A stretch of DNA of 64,000 bases, from positions 7,316,001 through 7,380,000 of the forward strand of contig NC_135830.1 of NCBI RefSeq assembly GCF_964213995.1. The letters are read 5' to 3'. The notes beneath the pieces were generated by a model. That model saw only the letters and a list, made by a program, of their open reading frames with translations. It had not been told where the DNA came from and searched no databases. How positions within the stretch are numbered: the first letter of the stretch is position 1; each line of letters begins with the position of its first letter. Shown piece by piece: positions 63,410 to 64,000 of this stretch. The position numbers and the translations under genes were made by a program. Source of the DNA: Mustelus asterias (taxonomy: Eukaryota).

Positions 63410-63650
63410 GATAAAAGCAAATTGCTGCGGATGCTGGAATCTGAAACCAAAAGGGGAAATGCTGGAAAATCTCAGCAGGTCTGGCAACATCTGTAAGGAG
63501 AGAAATGTGCTGACGTTTCGAGTCCAGATTACCCTTTTCAAAGCTGACATTTCAAATTGAGCTTTGGAAAAGTGACATCAGGACTCGAAACTTCAGCTCC
63601 TTTCTCATTCTGGCAGACCTGCTGGGATTTTCCAGCATTTTCTCTTTTGG
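63410..63650. mobile_element. Inverted pair of Penelope-like pLTR fragments
   Basis: Same family as 42265 and 34190, with GGACTCGAAAC motifs on both strands. Confidence 0.65.
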
Positions 63651-63776
63651 TAACCATGGGGATGCTGTTGGTCCGTTAATTGTAAACTTTGTAATCAGAA
63701 CAAACTGAGACACCAGATTCGAACAACATTTGGGTTCATGCATATTAAGAGTCGGACGAAGGTTATCACAGCAGTA

Positions 63777-63847
63777 GCCTGGCTATCTTAGTCGGTTGCA
63801 TAACAGATGTAATTTCAGAGCCTTGGGTTCAAGCCCAACGTTGGGCG
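63777..63847 (+). pseudogene. tRNA-Lys relic
   Basis: GCCTGGCTATCTTAGTCGGT...GGGTTCAAGCCCAACGTTGGGCG. Confidence 0.6.
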
Positions 63848-64000
63848 CCATAGTTTTTAAACTTTGCTGATTTCCTGGTTAAATTCCAGCTCTCCATTCC
63901 TCCGGCAGTGACACCACTCAAACTGAGACTTTCTCCATCCCGCGTTGTTCATCTCACAATGACGGATTTCTGAATAAAAACTGTTTGCAATCAGTAGAAG

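Overview
This is eukaryotic, cartilaginous-fish (shark-type) genomic DNA in three zones. (1) About 0.5-18 kb holds one complete immunoglobulin mu heavy-chain cluster on the + strand: leader, an already joined V-D-(D)-J exon with no RSSs and out of frame by one base as written, Cmu1-Cmu4 with a secretory tailpiece, and TM1/TM2. (2) About 20-31 kb, starting only ~2.6 kb after TM2, holds an array of at least 7 T-cell-receptor alpha/delta-type V segments in mixed orientation. Most are defective yet most retain 23-bp-spacer RSSs, and one has leader and V fused in a single intronless exon. (3) About 32-64 kb is a tRNA gene/pseudogene array built largely from a diverged 10-11 kb segmental duplication. 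It includes an intron-containing tRNA-Ile(TAT) and two unusual intron-containing tRNA-Pro(TGG) copies. Interspersed repeats include HE1/V-SINE-type SINEs, CR1 and Rex1/Babar LINE fragments, Penelope-like elements with hammerhead-ribozyme cores, a probable solo LTR and long CA/CT low-complexity tracts. The species cannot be determined from the sequence alone. Family assignments come from recall of shark Ig/TCR and vertebrate tRNA consensus sequences, not from database searches.
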